Shown here: piece by piece, positions 29,243-40,565 of the stretch
Layout of the letters: each line of letters opens with the position of its first letter
How positions within the stretch are numbered: the first letter of the stretch is position 1
Origin: an uncultured Alphaproteobacteria bacterium
GTDB lineage: Bacteria > Pseudomonadota > Alphaproteobacteria > Methylaequorales > Methylaequoraceae
Assembly: GCA_902522465.1 (NCBI GenBank)
Contig: CABYVV010000006.1
Coordinates: 2,387-66,386, forward strand
DNA: 64,000 nt
Direction of reading: 5' to 3'
Notes under the pieces: generated by a model
What the model saw: only the letters and a program-made list of their open reading frames with translations
The model's database searches: none
Told to the model about the DNA's origin: nothing
Position numbers and translations under genes: made by a program

Positions 29243-30204
29243 AAATTTCCTTTAAAATATTTTTTAACCAGATTTACAACCTTTTCTATTTTTAATTCCA
29301 ACATCAAATTATCAGAACTTCTATAATTGAAATTTTTGTGTCCCATTAAATCTTCTGGAGATTTTGTACTTGTGATTGCTAAATTATTTTCCCCCCATGG
29401 ACCATAAATATCTTTATCACTGGGACCAAATAATCCAACAGTCTTTATGCTAGATAATGATGCCATATGCATTAAACCTGAGTCATTACCAATAAACAAA
29501 TCACATAATTTCATTATATGAAAGATTTCAACTAAATTAGAATTTCCAAATAAATCGTAAATATAATCTTTTTGAATATTTAAAATATCCCTAATGAGTT
29601 TTCTCTCGTTTTCTGGACCAGTTATTATAAAAATAGAATTTTTAAACATTTTTTGTTTTTTTAATTTAAAAATCAAATCCTTGTATCTTTCCGCTGGCCA
29701 AATTTTTCCTTTCCAATTAGCTGTTGGAGCAATCATTATTAATTTATTGTTTTTCTTTAATTCCTTGATTTTTTTTAAATTTTCATTTCGAAATTTTTGA
29801 TTTTTAGACAAATTTACTTGTGGGTTAAGAACCATACCTGAAATGTATCTTGTAACATCCTCAACTTTATGTTTTTTAATGATTGATTTTTGTTTTTTAT
29901 ATTTAATTTTTTTTTTAGAAAATAAAAAAAAACTTATGATCGAACCTCTTAAATCAATAACTAGTTCCCATTTATTCAAAACGACCTTAGTCCATAAAGT
30001 TAACCAATGAAGAGAAAATTTTTTCTTTTTAAAAATAATTAAATTATCAATATTTTTACAATATTTGAAGAAATTTGAAGGTATGTCACCACAAACGAAT
30101 GTTAAATTGGAGTTTTTAATTTTTTTTTTAAAATATAGATTCAGACCAGAAGATAAAATACAATCACCTAATCTATTTGAAGAAATTATGAGTATTTTTT
30201 TCAT
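29239..30204 (-). CDS. Glycosyltransferase family 9 (heptosyltransferase-like)
   Basis: SNRLGD, K.WP, GNDSGLMHMA, GLFGP. Confidence 0.9.
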   Translation of the reverse strand: MKKILIISSNRLGDCILSSGLNLYFKKKIKNSNLTFVCGDIPSNFFKYCKNIDNLIIFKKKKFSLHWLTLWTKVVLNKWELVIDLRGSIISFFLFSKKKIKYKKQKSIIKKHKVEDVTRYISGMVLNPQVNLSKNQKFRNENLKKIKELKKNNKLIMIAPTANWKGKIWPAERYKDLIFKLKKQKMFKNSIFIITGPENERKLIRDILNIQKDYIYDLFGNSNLVEIFHIMKLCDLFIGNDSGLMHMASLSSIKTVGLFGPSDKDIYGPWGENNLAITSTKSPEDLMGHKNFNYRSSDNLMLELKIEKVVNLVKKYFKGNL

Positions 30205-30248
30205 TTAAATCATCTTGTTAAATTTTTTAATTAAAATAAATTAAAGTT

Positions 30249-31115
30249 ATGCTTGATAACGATAGTTTTTATGGTCTTAAAGATAGGATTATTATTCAAA
30301 TACATGGTAAAGATAAATTTTCTTTCATACAGGGTATTATCTCAAATGATGTTAACATTTTAAAAAAAAAAACTTCTATTTACTCATCTATTCTTACCCC
30401 ACAAGGAAGATTTATAACAGACTTTTTTTTAACTATGTATAAAGACTCATTGTTAATAGAAATTCATGAAAATGATAAAGAAGTTATTTTTCAAAAGCTA
30501 AATATTTACAAATTACGCTCGGAAGTAGAATTTACAATCTTAAAAAATTGTAGTGTGCTTCTAATTTGTAGCAATTTTCAAAATTTATTTTCTAATCTTT
30601 CAAATGATCAAATATTATTTTTTGATGATCCAAGATTTAAAAATTATTTAAAAAGACTCTATTTTTTTAATAAAAAAGGTTATGAGATTCTTAAAAAAAA
30701 TAATATTAAAGAAATATCATCCAATCAATATGATGAAATTAGGTTCAAGAATGGAATACCAGATTTTCAATTAGACGCTTCAAAGAATAAATCATTATTG
30801 ATGGAGATGAGATTTGAGGATCTTAATGGAATTTCATGGGATAAAGGTTGTTATATGGGCCAAGAAATAACGGCAAGAATGAAATATAGAAATTTAATGA
30901 AACGTAAAATTTTTAATATTAAAATTGACTTTGTTACTCATCTAGAAAGTTCAATAAAAGTCGATAATCAAAAAATTGGTGAGTTAACAAGTCATAATAA
31001 AAAATACGGTTTTGGATATATAAATCTTAATTATTTTAAAACAAAAAATAAAAAATCGATTCGATGTGGTGATTCTTTTCTATCAATTCTAGAACCCTGG
31101 TGGTCAAAGGCTTAA
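30249..31115 (+). CDS. ygfZ: Folate-binding Fe-S cluster protein YgfZ
   Basis: LTPQGR, YKLRS, KGCYMGQE. Confidence 0.93.
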   Translation: MLDNDSFYGLKDRIIIQIHGKDKFSFIQGIISNDVNILKKKTSIYSSILTPQGRFITDFFLTMYKDSLLIEIHENDKEVIFQKLNIYKLRSEVEFTILKNCSVLLICSNFQNLFSNLSNDQILFFDDPRFKNYLKRLYFFNKKGYEILKKNNIKEISSNQYDEIRFKNGIPDFQLDASKNKSLLMEMRFEDLNGISWDKGCYMGQEITARMKYRNLMKRKIFNIKIDFVTHLESSIKVDNQKIGELTSHNKKYGFGYINLNYFKTKNKKSIRCGDSFLSILEPWWSKA

Positions 31116-32014
31116 TTAAAGTTAAAATTTTTCTTTAACTCATTTAAAGTTCTAAATGGTGATTTATTACGCGAAATTAACTTTCTAACCTTTTCAAGTC
31201 CTTTGTGTCCAAAATCTTTAGTAATATTATTTTCTATCCATGTAAGATCCTGATTTTCTCTCAGTACTTTTATTCTTTGTTCCGTATTTAACCATTTCCA
31301 CCTTAAGTTTATTTCATTGTATAGTTTTTCGAAACCTAGATTTTTAGAAGAAGAAGTTTTTATTATGCTAATATCCCAACCACTTCTGTTTTGAAAGTAT
31401 GCCCTACTCCCAGACAACTCTGAGAAAGTAATATCTGAAAGATTATCAATATCACATTTAGTAACTACGATAATATCAGGAATTTCAAAAATTCCCGACT
31501 TCATAAATTGTATAGTATCACCACTTCCTGGCTGAACTCCTAATATAACCGTGTCTGAAATATCTTTTATAAAAATCTCAGACTGCCCTACACCGACTGT
31601 TTCAATAATTAAAAAGTCAAAAATTGACCTCATCACAACCATTGATGGAAATGTTAATTCTGATATACCACCTAAGAAACTTTTTGATGCCATTGATCTT
31701 ACAAATACCTTTTCATCTGACGGATTAAGTAAAAATCTAGTTCTATCTCCAAGCAAGGCGCCACCAGATTTCGCTGAGGATGGGTCAATCGCAATAATAC
31801 CGACAGATTTTCTTTTATCCCGAATATTCTTAATTAATTTATCTATCAAAGACGATTTACCGACACCAGGGGACCCAGTAATTCCAATGACATGAGCCTT
31901 TGCCTTAGAATGCATTTTATCTAACTTATCAATAATTTCAGGTGAATTAAAATCAGTTTCAATTTTCTCTAGCAGATAAGACAATTCAATTTTTTTTTTC
32001 AAATTCTTAGACAT
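31112..32014 (-). CDS. meaB: MeaB/ArgK family GTPase
   Basis: GITGSPGVGKS, IDPSS..SGGALLGDRTR, ETVGVGQSE, GD.IQ.MKSG. Confidence 0.9.
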   Translation of the reverse strand: MSKNLKKKIELSYLLEKIETDFNSPEIIDKLDKMHSKAKAHVIGITGSPGVGKSSLIDKLIKNIRDKRKSVGIIAIDPSSAKSGGALLGDRTRFLLNPSDEKVFVRSMASKSFLGGISELTFPSMVVMRSIFDFLIIETVGVGQSEIFIKDISDTVILGVQPGSGDTIQFMKSGIFEIPDIIVVTKCDIDNLSDITFSELSGSRAYFQNRSGWDISIIKTSSSKNLGFEKLYNEINLRWKWLNTEQRIKVLRENQDLTWIENNITKDFGHKGLEKVRKLISRNKSPFRTLNELKKNFNFN

Positions 32015-34047
32015 TAATTTAATAAAAAAGAAAAATTATATGATTTTTTAAGTGCTTTATGTAAATGATTTATTAATTTTTTTCTATTCTTTCTTAATTC
32101 CATATTATCGTCATTTACAATAACGTTATCAAAAAAGTTATTAATAATTAATGTGGTTTTGTTAACTATTGAATTATCATCCAATAAACATTCTTTTCCT
32201 AAATTATTCAATTTTTTGTCGATTAAACAAAGAAACTCATAAAATTGCATCTCCTCTTTTTGATTGAAAAGATTTTCATCTATTTCACTTGTTTGACATT
32301 CTTCATTTAACGAATCTAATCTCTTGAATGCCTGTAAAAAAGAAATTCCATCCTTTGTTTTTAAAAATTTCTGTAATTTATTTACTTTAAGAAAAGTCAA
32401 ATGAGGATTCATGGCATTGTCCGCAAATGATGCTCTTATTACATCCGTATAAAAACCACTTTCTTCAAAAAGAATTTCTATTCTTTTTTTAAAAAATTCA
32501 TATAAAGTTTCATATTCCATTTCAACTTGTATATTCTGTTCTTGATAAATTTTTTTGAGATATGAAAACAATTCATTAAAATTAAAATCTATTTTTTTTT
32601 CTAAACAAATTTTTATGATTGATAATGCTGCTCTTCTAATACCAAATGGGTCTCCGGTTCCTTTAAGTGATTTTTTAGAAATGAAATAGCCCAAGATTGC
32701 ATCAAATTTTTGTGTAATAGAAAGTATAAATGTCAAAAAGTTATTATAATTTACAGAATATTCATATTCATATTGGTCTGAAAAAGCTTGATACACCTCT
32801 TTTGGGAATTTTTCATTGTATGCATAATAACCCCCAACTTTTCCTTGTAAACCTGGATATTCATTGACCAATTCAGTGGCCAAATCAGCATTGGAAAATG
32901 AAAGATAGTCAGTTTCAAAATTAATTTTTTTATTAATTTTCTTATAAATAAATTGAACACCTAAACTAATCCTTACAGATCTTTCATATAAATTACCAGC
33001 ATTCTGATAGAAAATTATATTATTAAGATGAGAATTTCTCTCACGCAAACCTATTTTTTGATCTTCATTTAAGAAAAACGAAGCATCACTGAATCTTGCT
33101 TTAAGAACATTCTGCGTTCCTTTAATCAATTGTTTTTTTTTATTATTATTTAAATTAGACACAAAACAAAAATTATTTGATAACATTTTATTTTGACTTT
33201 TGAATGAAAAAAAGTCTTGTTTATCAGTAACTATATTCTCAATCAAGAATTCTGGTAATTTAAAGAATTTTTTATCAAATTCTCCAAAAAATACATTCGG
33301 ATTTTCAACAGAGTCACTAGTCCTTTTTAATAAGGAAGCATTAATATCTAAAACTAGGTTTTTTCTTTTACAAAATTCTTCTATTTTTGATTTGATTTTC
33401 TTTTCTCTTTTTAATCTATCTACAATAACATAGTATTTCTCTAATTGTTTTCTGTAAGTTACATAATTAGAACATTTAAATTTTTTTTCTCCAAAGTAAT
33501 AATTTCCATATGTATGATTGCATGACTCTAGCCCAGCATACGAAAATTTTATTACTTTTTTATCAAAGATACATAGAATATTTTTAATTGGCCTAATCCA
33601 TCTATCTTCATGGTTACCCCATCGCATTGATTTTATCCATCTAATTGATCTAAGTAGTATAGGTAGGTTTTCTTCAAGGAGGTTTGATATTTTTTTTTCG
33701 CCACTTTGTTTCTCATACAAGTAATATAAATTTCCATTTATTTCTTTTTTTGAGAGTTGTGAAGTGTCTTTAAGGCTATTAGATTTAAGAAAACCTGTAA
33801 TTGCAGATTCTTTAGAATTAACTTTAGGGCCCTTAATAAGGTTTATTTTTTTTTTTGTAATCTTTGGTAAGTCTTTTATAAATAAAACAACCCTTCTAGA
33901 TGTCGACATCGTTATGATTTTATCGAATTTTATATCAAACCGTTTCAGCAATTCTTCAAATAACCTTTTGAGCTCTAATTCCAATAAGTCCTGAGTAGAA
34001 GATGGTATTTCTTCACCATAAATTTCTAATAAAAACTCACTCATCAT
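32014..34047 (-). CDS. glyS: Glycine--tRNA ligase beta subunit
   Basis: [33 protein letters not shown]. Confidence 0.95.
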   Translation of the reverse strand: MMSEFLLEIYGEEIPSSTQDLLELELKRLFEELLKRFDIKFDKIITMSTSRRVVLFIKDLPKITKKKINLIKGPKVNSKESAITGFLKSNSLKDTSQLSKKEINGNLYYLYEKQSGEKKISNLLEENLPILLRSIRWIKSMRWGNHEDRWIRPIKNILCIFDKKVIKFSYAGLESCNHTYGNYYFGEKKFKCSNYVTYRKQLEKYYVIVDRLKREKKIKSKIEEFCKRKNLVLDINASLLKRTSDSVENPNVFFGEFDKKFFKLPEFLIENIVTDKQDFFSFKSQNKMLSNNFCFVSNLNNNKKKQLIKGTQNVLKARFSDASFFLNEDQKIGLRERNSHLNNIIFYQNAGNLYERSVRISLGVQFIYKKINKKINFETDYLSFSNADLATELVNEYPGLQGKVGGYYAYNEKFPKEVYQAFSDQYEYEYSVNYNNFLTFILSITQKFDAILGYFISKKSLKGTGDPFGIRRAALSIIKICLEKKIDFNFNELFSYLKKIYQEQNIQVEMEYETLYEFFKKRIEILFEESGFYTDVIRASFADNAMNPHLTFLKVNKLQKFLKTKDGISFLQAFKRLDSLNEECQTSEIDENLFNQKEEMQFYEFLCLIDKKLNNLGKECLLDDNSIVNKTTLIINNFFDNVIVNDDNMELRKNRKKLINHLHKALKKSYNFSFLLN

Positions 34048-34888
34048 TATTCACTATTAATTTGCAGCAACTTTGTACCAAGGACCTTATTCTAAGAATA
34101 TAAGATTGTCTTTCTGAAACAGAGACTAGACCACGCGAGTCAAGTAAGTTAAATGTATGACTGGCTTTTATACACTGTTCATAAGCAGGTATGGGAAGTT
34201 TTTTGTTAATAAGGTCTTGGGCATTTTTCTCAAAAAATTCAAAAGATTTATATAAATAGTCTCTAGATGCAAATTCAAAATTAAAAAACGACATTTGTCT
34301 TTCGTTCTCCAAAAAAATATCACCATATGTAATTCCGCTTTCATTCATGATGACATCATAGATACTCTTAGCATCTTGAACAAAAATCGCTATTCTTTCA
34401 AGACCGTATGTAAGCTCAAGGCTCACTGGTCTACAATCTATCCCACCGATTTGTTGGAAATAAGTAAATTGACTTATTTCCATACCATTACATTGTACCT
34501 CCCAACCTAAACCAGTTGCGCCTAGTGTTGGACTTTCCCAATCATCTTCAATAAATTTGACATCATTATTTTTAATATCAATATTTATAGATCTTAAACT
34601 TTCTAAATATAATTCTTGTGAATTTAATGGATTAGGCTTAATTAAAACTTGCAATTGATAATAATGCTGAAGCCTGTTTGGATTCTTCCCGTACCTACCA
34701 TCTGAAGGTCTTCTACAAGGTTGAATATAAACTGCTTTCCAAGGTTTTTTTCCTATTGCTTTTAACGCAGTCGCTGGATGAAAAGTGGCTGCTCCCATTT
34801 CCATATCATAGGGATGCATTTGAAGACATCCTTTTGTTTTCCAGTAGTTCAAAAGATTATCTATAATTTGTTGAAAACTTAACATCAC
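34037..34888 (-). CDS. glyQ: Glycine--tRNA ligase alpha subunit
   Basis: [38 protein letters not shown]. Confidence 0.99.
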   Translation of the reverse strand: MMLSFQQIIDNLLNYWKTKGCLQMHPYDMEMGAATFHPATALKAIGKKPWKAVYIQPCRRPSDGRYGKNPNRLQHYYQLQVLIKPNPLNSQELYLESLRSINIDIKNNDVKFIEDDWESPTLGATGLGWEVQCNGMEISQFTYFQQIGGIDCRPVSLELTYGLERIAIFVQDAKSIYDVIMNESGITYGDIFLENERQMSFFNFEFASRDYLYKSFEFFEKNAQDLINKKLPIPAYEQCIKASHTFNLLDSRGLVSVSERQSYILRIRSLVQSCCKLIVNNDE

Positions 34889-34983
34889 AAACTTTTTAAA
34901 AAATAATTTAAAATTATTTTTAGAATACTATATTTTAAAACACACTTATCAAATTAAATTATACCTAATGTAAAATATTAACA

Positions 34984-35994
34984 ATGAATATCATAAAACT
35001 AAACGCAAATAACGGGAAAAATCCACTTGAAATATTTTTTGATTGGTTAGAACCTGATGTATTTAAAATAAATAAAAATATAACTGATAGCCTAGCCGGA
35101 AGTGCGTCTTTAGTTACCGAGTTGTCGGGTCACATAATTAATTCTGGTGGTAAAAGAATACGGCCTCTTTTAACAGTGGCATGTTCAAAACTATGTAACT
35201 ATACAGGAAGTAGACACATTAATCTTGCTTCAGTAATTGAATTCATTCACACCGCAACGCTTTTGCACGACGATGTTGTAGATAATAGTAAAAAAAGAAG
35301 AGGTAAACACTCTGCTAATTTTATATGGGACAACAAATCGAGCATATTAGTTGGAGATTATCTTCTAAGCAAGGCTTTTCGAATGCTAATAAAAGACGGA
35401 TCTGCCAATTGTCTAGATATCATATCTAAAGCATCAGTAAAAATTTCACAAGGAGAAGTCAAACAACTTGTTTCAGTTAAAAACTTGCATACCAATGAAT
35501 CCCAATATCTAGATATAATAGATCATAAAACTGCTGAGCTCTTTTCGGCTGCATGTCAACTTGGTGGAGAAATAAGTGAGGCAAATAAAGAAAAAAAAAT
35601 GAGTTTAGCTGAGTTCGGAACTTTTTTAGGAATTGCTTATCAAATAATAGACGATACCCTTGATTACTTTTCAAATTTTAAAACTTCTGGAAAAAATGCA
35701 GGAAATGATTTAAAAGAGGGAAAAATGTCGCTACCTTTGATAATTTGTTATCGAAGATGTAATAAATCAGAAAAGAAATTAGTAGAATACATTATTGGAA
35801 AAAATAGCACTAATCAAAACGACTTTAGAAAAATAATCTCATTAATGGAAAAATATAATGTGAGAAATGATTGCATTAAAAAAGCTATTCATTTCTCCAT
35901 AATGGCAAAAGATAGTCTGGGTATTTTTCCAAATTCAGTAGAAAAAACGAAATTCTTAAATCTAGTTGATTATTTAGTTCACAGAACCAGTTAA
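34984..35994 (+). CDS. ispB: Polyprenyl diphosphate synthase
   Basis: GGKRIRP, LLHDDVVD, KTA, QIIDDTLD. Confidence 0.93.
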   Translation: MNIIKLNANNGKNPLEIFFDWLEPDVFKINKNITDSLAGSASLVTELSGHIINSGGKRIRPLLTVACSKLCNYTGSRHINLASVIEFIHTATLLHDDVVDNSKKRRGKHSANFIWDNKSSILVGDYLLSKAFRMLIKDGSANCLDIISKASVKISQGEVKQLVSVKNLHTNESQYLDIIDHKTAELFSAACQLGGEISEANKEKKMSLAEFGTFLGIAYQIIDDTLDYFSNFKTSGKNAGNDLKEGKMSLPLIICYRRCNKSEKKLVEYIIGKNSTNQNDFRKIISLMEKYNVRNDCIKKAIHFSIMAKDSLGIFPNSVEKTKFLNLVDYLVHRTS

Positions 35995-36025
35995 TAAATG
36001 GAATAGATTTTGCAGGTTTTCATTC

Positions 36026-36145
36026 ATGGAAAAGTCTAATCAACTTTCATCAACCAGTTACTTTAAAGCAAAAACTTTAGAGTTTCTCTCAAAAAACTAC
36101 CTTTTTGTGTTAACAATATTTATAGTTCTTATTTTTTTCATTTAA
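36026..36145 (+). CDS. Possible small membrane protein (39 aa)
   Basis: MEKSNQLSSTSYFKAKTLEFLSKNYLFVLTIFIVLIFFI*; fills the gap, weak AGG RBS; could be chance in AT-rich DNA. Confidence 0.3.
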   Translation: MEKSNQLSSTSYFKAKTLEFLSKNYLFVLTIFIVLIFFI

Positions 36146-36175
36146 TTTTTTTTTTTTTTCATTAACTTATTCAAT

Positions 36176-37507
36176 ATGGATGAAGTTAATAAACTTTCTA
36201 AAAGGGTCTTAAGGTACGCAAACCTTGGAACATCTGCTGGAAGTATTGCATTCAAGCTTTTTGAAACAAAGTTTCTTAAGAAAGAACATCAAAAAAATGC
36301 GCAGGATCTTAGAGAGATCCTCGGTGGACTTAAAGGACCAATAATGAAAATTGCTCAACTGTTGTCCACTGTACCTGACTTATTGCCTGATGAATATATG
36401 AAAGAACTTACTAAATTACAGTCTAATGCCCCTCCAATGGGATGGAACTTTGTTAAGAGGCGTATGAAAAACGAACTTGGATTTAACTGGTTGGATTCCT
36501 TTGAATCCTTTGAAAAACAACCTTTTGCTGCAGCTTCTTTGGGCCAAGTACACAGAGCAGAACATTCAGGAAATCAAGTGGTATGTAAACTTCAATATCC
36601 TGATATGAACTCAATTGTTGATGCAGACATAAACCAACTTAAGTTGATTTTTTCTGTATATAAGAAAATTGACAAAAGTATTGATACAACTGAAATTCAA
36701 AAGGAAATTGGTGAAAGAATTAGAGAAGAACTTGATTATTATCAAGAGCAAAAGCACATGAAAATATTTCAAATGATTTTTGAAAATTCTAAAGAAATAG
36801 TAATTCCAAAAATCTTTGAAGAAATATCAACAAAAAGACTAATAAGTATGAATTATCTTGATGGTCAAAAACTTTTAATGTTTAAAGATTCCTCACATTC
36901 GCTAAGAAAGACTATTGCTCTCAATATGTTTAAAGCTTGGTATTTTCCATTTTACAAATATGGTGTAATTCATGGAGATCCTCATCTTGGAAATTATTCA
37001 TCTGATAAGAAAGGAAATATAAATCTTTTAGATTTTGGGTGTATAAGAATCTTTAAACCTTCGTTTGTTAACGGAGTAATAGATCTTTATGAAGCAATTA
37101 AAAATAATAACCAAGAACTCGCCGTTCATGCATACGAAAGTTGGGGATTTGAAAATATTACAAAAGAATTAATCAACATTCTAAATATTTGGGCAAAATT
37201 CCTTTACTCTCCATTACTTGAAGATAAAGTAAGAAAAATGCAAGAAACCAACTCCTCGACATATGGAGCTGAAGCAGCTTCTAAGGTACACAAAGAACTA
37301 AAAAAAATTGGTGGAGTTAAACCACCTCGTGAATTTGTTTTCATGGACAGAGCCGCTATTGGCCTTGGTTCTGTTTTTCTACATCTTGACGCTGAGGTAA
37401 ATTGGTATCGTATATTTCATGAACTGATTGATGGTTTTAAAATGAAAGATCTTAAAAGCAGACAAGAAACAGCTTTAAAAAAGGTTAAATTGGAAAATAA
37501 TCATTAA
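36176..37507 (+). CDS. AarF/ABC1/UbiB family atypical kinase
   Basis: KIAQ, AAASLGQVH, KLQYP, HGDPHLGN, LLDFG. Confidence 0.92.
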   Translation: MDEVNKLSKRVLRYANLGTSAGSIAFKLFETKFLKKEHQKNAQDLREILGGLKGPIMKIAQLLSTVPDLLPDEYMKELTKLQSNAPPMGWNFVKRRMKNELGFNWLDSFESFEKQPFAAASLGQVHRAEHSGNQVVCKLQYPDMNSIVDADINQLKLIFSVYKKIDKSIDTTEIQKEIGERIREELDYYQEQKHMKIFQMIFENSKEIVIPKIFEEISTKRLISMNYLDGQKLLMFKDSSHSLRKTIALNMFKAWYFPFYKYGVIHGDPHLGNYSSDKKGNINLLDFGCIRIFKPSFVNGVIDLYEAIKNNNQELAVHAYESWGFENITKELINILNIWAKFLYSPLLEDKVRKMQETNSSTYGAEAASKVHKELKKIGGVKPPREFVFMDRAAIGLGSVFLHLDAEVNWYRIFHELIDGFKMKDLKSRQETALKKVKLENNH

Positions 37508-38069
37508 ATGAATTCGTTATCTTTTCTGAAAAGGATAACATTTTGTCTAACTCCGACATAGTTTTTGACATTTCCTCTGAATCATCATTTATCCACACCA
37601 TAAAAGTTTGTGTGTAGATAAATAAAATTACTTTCTTTTTAAAAATATCAAAAAAAGATCCATCATAAGCATTCGTAAGTTCGAGATAAAAATCCAATGA
37701 ATTTAATATTTTAAATGATACAGACTTTATCATTGATAAGTTACTTCTAAAAACTAAAATTATGCTTTTTAATGCTTTTTTATATGGTCTCATTAACTCC
37801 AGTCTAAGCATTATTAATTCAAATAAATTATCTTTTGTTGAGGAGCTTTCTAAATCTCTGAAATCAAAATTTTTTTCTACTTGCAAATCAATCATACTAG
37901 AAAATTCTTTTAATATATCTTCTTTTTTTCTAAAAATTTGATTAATTTCAGCAACGGAGATTTTCTCTTCATCTGCTAGTCTTTTTAAAGAAAAATTTTG
38001 CCAACCTAGTTTTTCAATCATTTGAAAAGCTGCATTTATTAACTTAAGTTTTTTCTGGGATAAATTCAT
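37485..38069 (-). CDS. TetR-like / COQ9-like protein
   Basis: N-terminal HTH-like segment; DNLFELIMLR, W.NDDSEEMSKTMSELD; convergent on the ABC1 kinase. Confidence 0.7.
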   Translation of the reverse strand: MNLSQKKLKLINAAFQMIEKLGWQNFSLKRLADEEKISVAEINQIFRKKEDILKEFSSMIDLQVEKNFDFRDLESSSTKDNLFELIMLRLELMRPYKKALKSIILVFRSNLSMIKSVSFKILNSLDFYLELTNAYDGSFFDIFKKKVILFIYTQTFMVWINDDSEEMSKTMSELDKMLSFSEKITNSFNDYFPI

Positions 38070-38192
38070 ACAATTAAGTTGTAAAACATATATTAATATA
38101 TATTCTATTAGCGTTGTATATAAAAATTAGAGAAGGTCAACCAAGTTTTTAGATCAATTTAATAATTATTTTATAATATTTAATTCATACGA

Positions 38193-38705
38193 ATGGAAAT
38201 TAAAGACATAGAAGAGTGTATTAGTAAAGTTCCAGACTATCCAAAGCCTGGCATACTTTTCTATGATATATCCTCTCTTTTATTAAATAATAGAGCATTT
38301 CAAAGCTCAATTGAACTATTAAAAAACCTAATTAAAAATTATAAATTTGATCTAATTGCAGGAATTGATGCAAGAGGGTTTATATTTGCTTCAAGTATGG
38401 CATATAGTTTTAATAAGGGTTTGGTTATGATTAGAAAAAAAAATAAACTACCTGGAAATAAAATAAGCTTCGAATATGAACTTGAATATGGAAAAGATAC
38501 ACTGGAGGTAAATGTAAATTTAAAAAATAAAAAAATTGTAATTATTGACGATTTACTAGCCACAGGTGGTACTTTAAATGCTGCAATCCAACTCATTGAA
38601 AAATCTGGAGGAAAGGTAAGCTGTTTCGCTTCTTTGATCGAATTAGATTTTCTTGATGGAAGAAAAAAAATTAAAATACCAATTGAAACCTTGATACATT
38701 ACTAA
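38193..38705 (+). CDS. apt: Adenine phosphoribosyltransferase
   Basis: PDYPKPGILFYDI, GIDARGF, RKKNKLP, YELEYG, IDDLLATGGT. Confidence 0.98.
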   Translation: MEIKDIEECISKVPDYPKPGILFYDISSLLLNNRAFQSSIELLKNLIKNYKFDLIAGIDARGFIFASSMAYSFNKGLVMIRKKNKLPGNKISFEYELEYGKDTLEVNVNLKNKKIVIIDDLLATGGTLNAAIQLIEKSGGKVSCFASLIELDFLDGRKKIKIPIETLIHY

Positions 38706-38724
38706 TCAAAACTAAATTTAAAAT

Positions 38725-39435
38725 ATGACCCGTGTTCACAAACTTTTTCTCAAATGGCTTCTTCAATTTAGTTTAATGAGTTTTTTTCTTTTTTTTATTT
38801 TTGATCAAGGATTAATACTCAAGATAGTCAGTTCCGACAGAAGCTACATAACAAGTTTAATAATCATGTCTTTCTTTGCTGTAAGCATTCATTGTTTCTA
38901 CCATACCTTTAAAATATCTGATGAATTAAATAAAGCACATGTGATAAAAAAAAGTCTTCTTGACGAAAATGTAAAATTAAGAATCATCGATGATGCTCTT
39001 ATACTTACGTCTAAGGGTGAGATTTCAGATGGAATTGTAAGGGATTATTTTAAGGATTTAATAGGATTAAAAAAAAATGGAGCCACATCTCATGTTCAAA
39101 TATTAGACAGCTATATAAAAAAGACTGTTGGTTTCTATGAATTTGGATGGTTCTGTTCTGATATAATGTTGAAGCTTGGTTTGATAGGAACAGTCATAGG
39201 ATTTATAATAATGTTGAGTTCATTATCTGATATAACTACTTTCGATGTTACATTGCTTCAAGGAGTCCTAACTACCATGGGAAGTGGGATGGGTGTTGCA
39301 CTTTACACAACACTGTCAGCCCTTGTAGCAGGAGTCATGGTCGCAATTCAATATTTTAATCTTGAGAGTGGATGTGAAGAACTCTTTTCAGTTTTAAATC
39401 AAATATCTGAAGTTAGCATAGATAATAGTTTATAA
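38725..39435 (+). CDS. MotA/TolQ/ExbB proton-channel family protein
   Basis: LGLIGTVIGF and GMGVALYTT helices; two further N-terminal TM segments. Confidence 0.85.
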   Translation: MTRVHKLFLKWLLQFSLMSFFLFFIFDQGLILKIVSSDRSYITSLIIMSFFAVSIHCFYHTFKISDELNKAHVIKKSLLDENVKLRIIDDALILTSKGEISDGIVRDYFKDLIGLKKNGATSHVQILDSYIKKTVGFYEFGWFCSDIMLKLGLIGTVIGFIIMLSSLSDITTFDVTLLQGVLTTMGSGMGVALYTTLSALVAGVMVAIQYFNLESGCEELFSVLNQISEVSIDNSL

Positions 39436-40031
39436 TGTCGTACTCTGGAAGAAGATTAAGGGCTGATCCTTTTACTGATTTATTATTTAATATTTTACTA
39501 TCTTTTACACTATTAATGTTTTTAGCTATTATTTTTATGAATCCTATTCCTAAAACTGGTGTAATTAATCCTAAAGCTGAGTATATAATTACAGTTAGCT
39601 GGAAAGACAATAATCCTGATGATGTGGACACATATGTTCAAAGTCCAACTGGTGATTTGGTTTGGTTCAGAGCGAAGGAAGCAGGATTCGTTCATCTTGA
39701 CAGAGATGACAGAGGTCTTCTTAATGATACTATTGAAATTAATGGTGAGAAAGTTCAAAATCCACTCAATCAGGAAGTTGTAACAATTAGAGCTGTTGTT
39801 CCTGGAGAATATATTGTTAATATACATTACTATGCGACTAAAACTGAACAACCAGTTGATGTAAACGTAAAAGTTGAAAAAGTTAATCCAAGGTTAGAGG
39901 TTATTTATTACGGGACAATAAAATTAGAAAAAAAAGGTGTAGAAAAAACTGCAACAAGATTTAATATTACTCAAGACGGAATAGTAAGTATTTCAGGAAA
40001 TTTATTTAAAAAATTAGTTCCTGAAAACTAG
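39435..40031 (+). CDS. MotB/ExbD-like single-pass partner with a YfaP/DUF2135-like periplasmic domain
   Basis: DPFTDLLFNILL TM helix with Asp; W...DDVD.YV..P.G, LDRDD, E.VTI...PGEY.VN.HYY; start overlaps the upstream stop. Confidence 0.6.
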   Translation: MSYSGRRLRADPFTDLLFNILLSFTLLMFLAIIFMNPIPKTGVINPKAEYIITVSWKDNNPDDVDTYVQSPTGDLVWFRAKEAGFVHLDRDDRGLLNDTIEINGEKVQNPLNQEVVTIRAVVPGEYIVNIHYYATKTEQPVDVNVKVEKVNPRLEVIYYGTIKLEKKGVEKTATRFNITQDGIVSISGNLFKKLVPEN

Positions 40032-40043
40032 AGAAAGGAAACA

Positions 40044-40565
40044 ATGAATTCAGAAATTTTTTTTATAATTATATGCTATGTTATTTTGGCATTTCTTTTA
40101 GTTTTATTTAATTTAAGAACAAACTTTCATTGGCTGATTAAATCATCAATGATAGTCTTAACAACTTTCTTCTACATCTTAACATATGATTCCTTCAAGA
40201 ATCTCATGGGATGGCCCTCAAATGATAATCTGCCAGACAGATTCAGATTAGTTTCGGCTCAAATTTATGAACCAAATGCACTAATTAACTCTGAGGGATC
40301 GATTTTTCTTTGGATAACCGACATGGATGATTTGGCAGGATTAAGCACACCACGATCTTATAGCTTAAAATACAATAAGGAAGTTCATGAAAGAGTTTCT
40401 AAAGCTCTTGTTAGCCTTAAAAACGGAATACCACAAATGGGTGAAAATATTGACGAGAATAAAAAAAATATTATTTCTTCAATTTTAAAAAAAGAAAAAG
40501 CATCTACGGTGAGTTCAAAACTAAATTTTTTTGATATGCCAAATCAACTTTTACCAGAAAAGTGA
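40044..40565 (+). CDS. Uncharacterised membrane protein (2 TM plus soluble domain)
   Basis: Two hydrophobic helices followed by GWPS, IYEP, IFLW, PRSY motifs; AGGA RBS. Confidence 0.7.
   Translation: MNSEIFFIIICYVILAFLLVLFNLRTNFHWLIKSSMIVLTTFFYILTYDSFKNLMGWPSNDNLPDRFRLVSAQIYEPNALINSEGSIFLWITDMDDLAGLSTPRSYSLKYNKEVHERVSKALVSLKNGIPQMGENIDENKKNIISSILKKEKASTVSSKLNFFDMPNQLLPEK

Noticed and set aside
38725-40565. Zorya anti-phage system or flagellar stator
   Set aside because: The A subunit lacks the long ZorA tail, the B subunit lacks an OmpA-like domain, and no zorC/D/E or flagellar genes are adjacent
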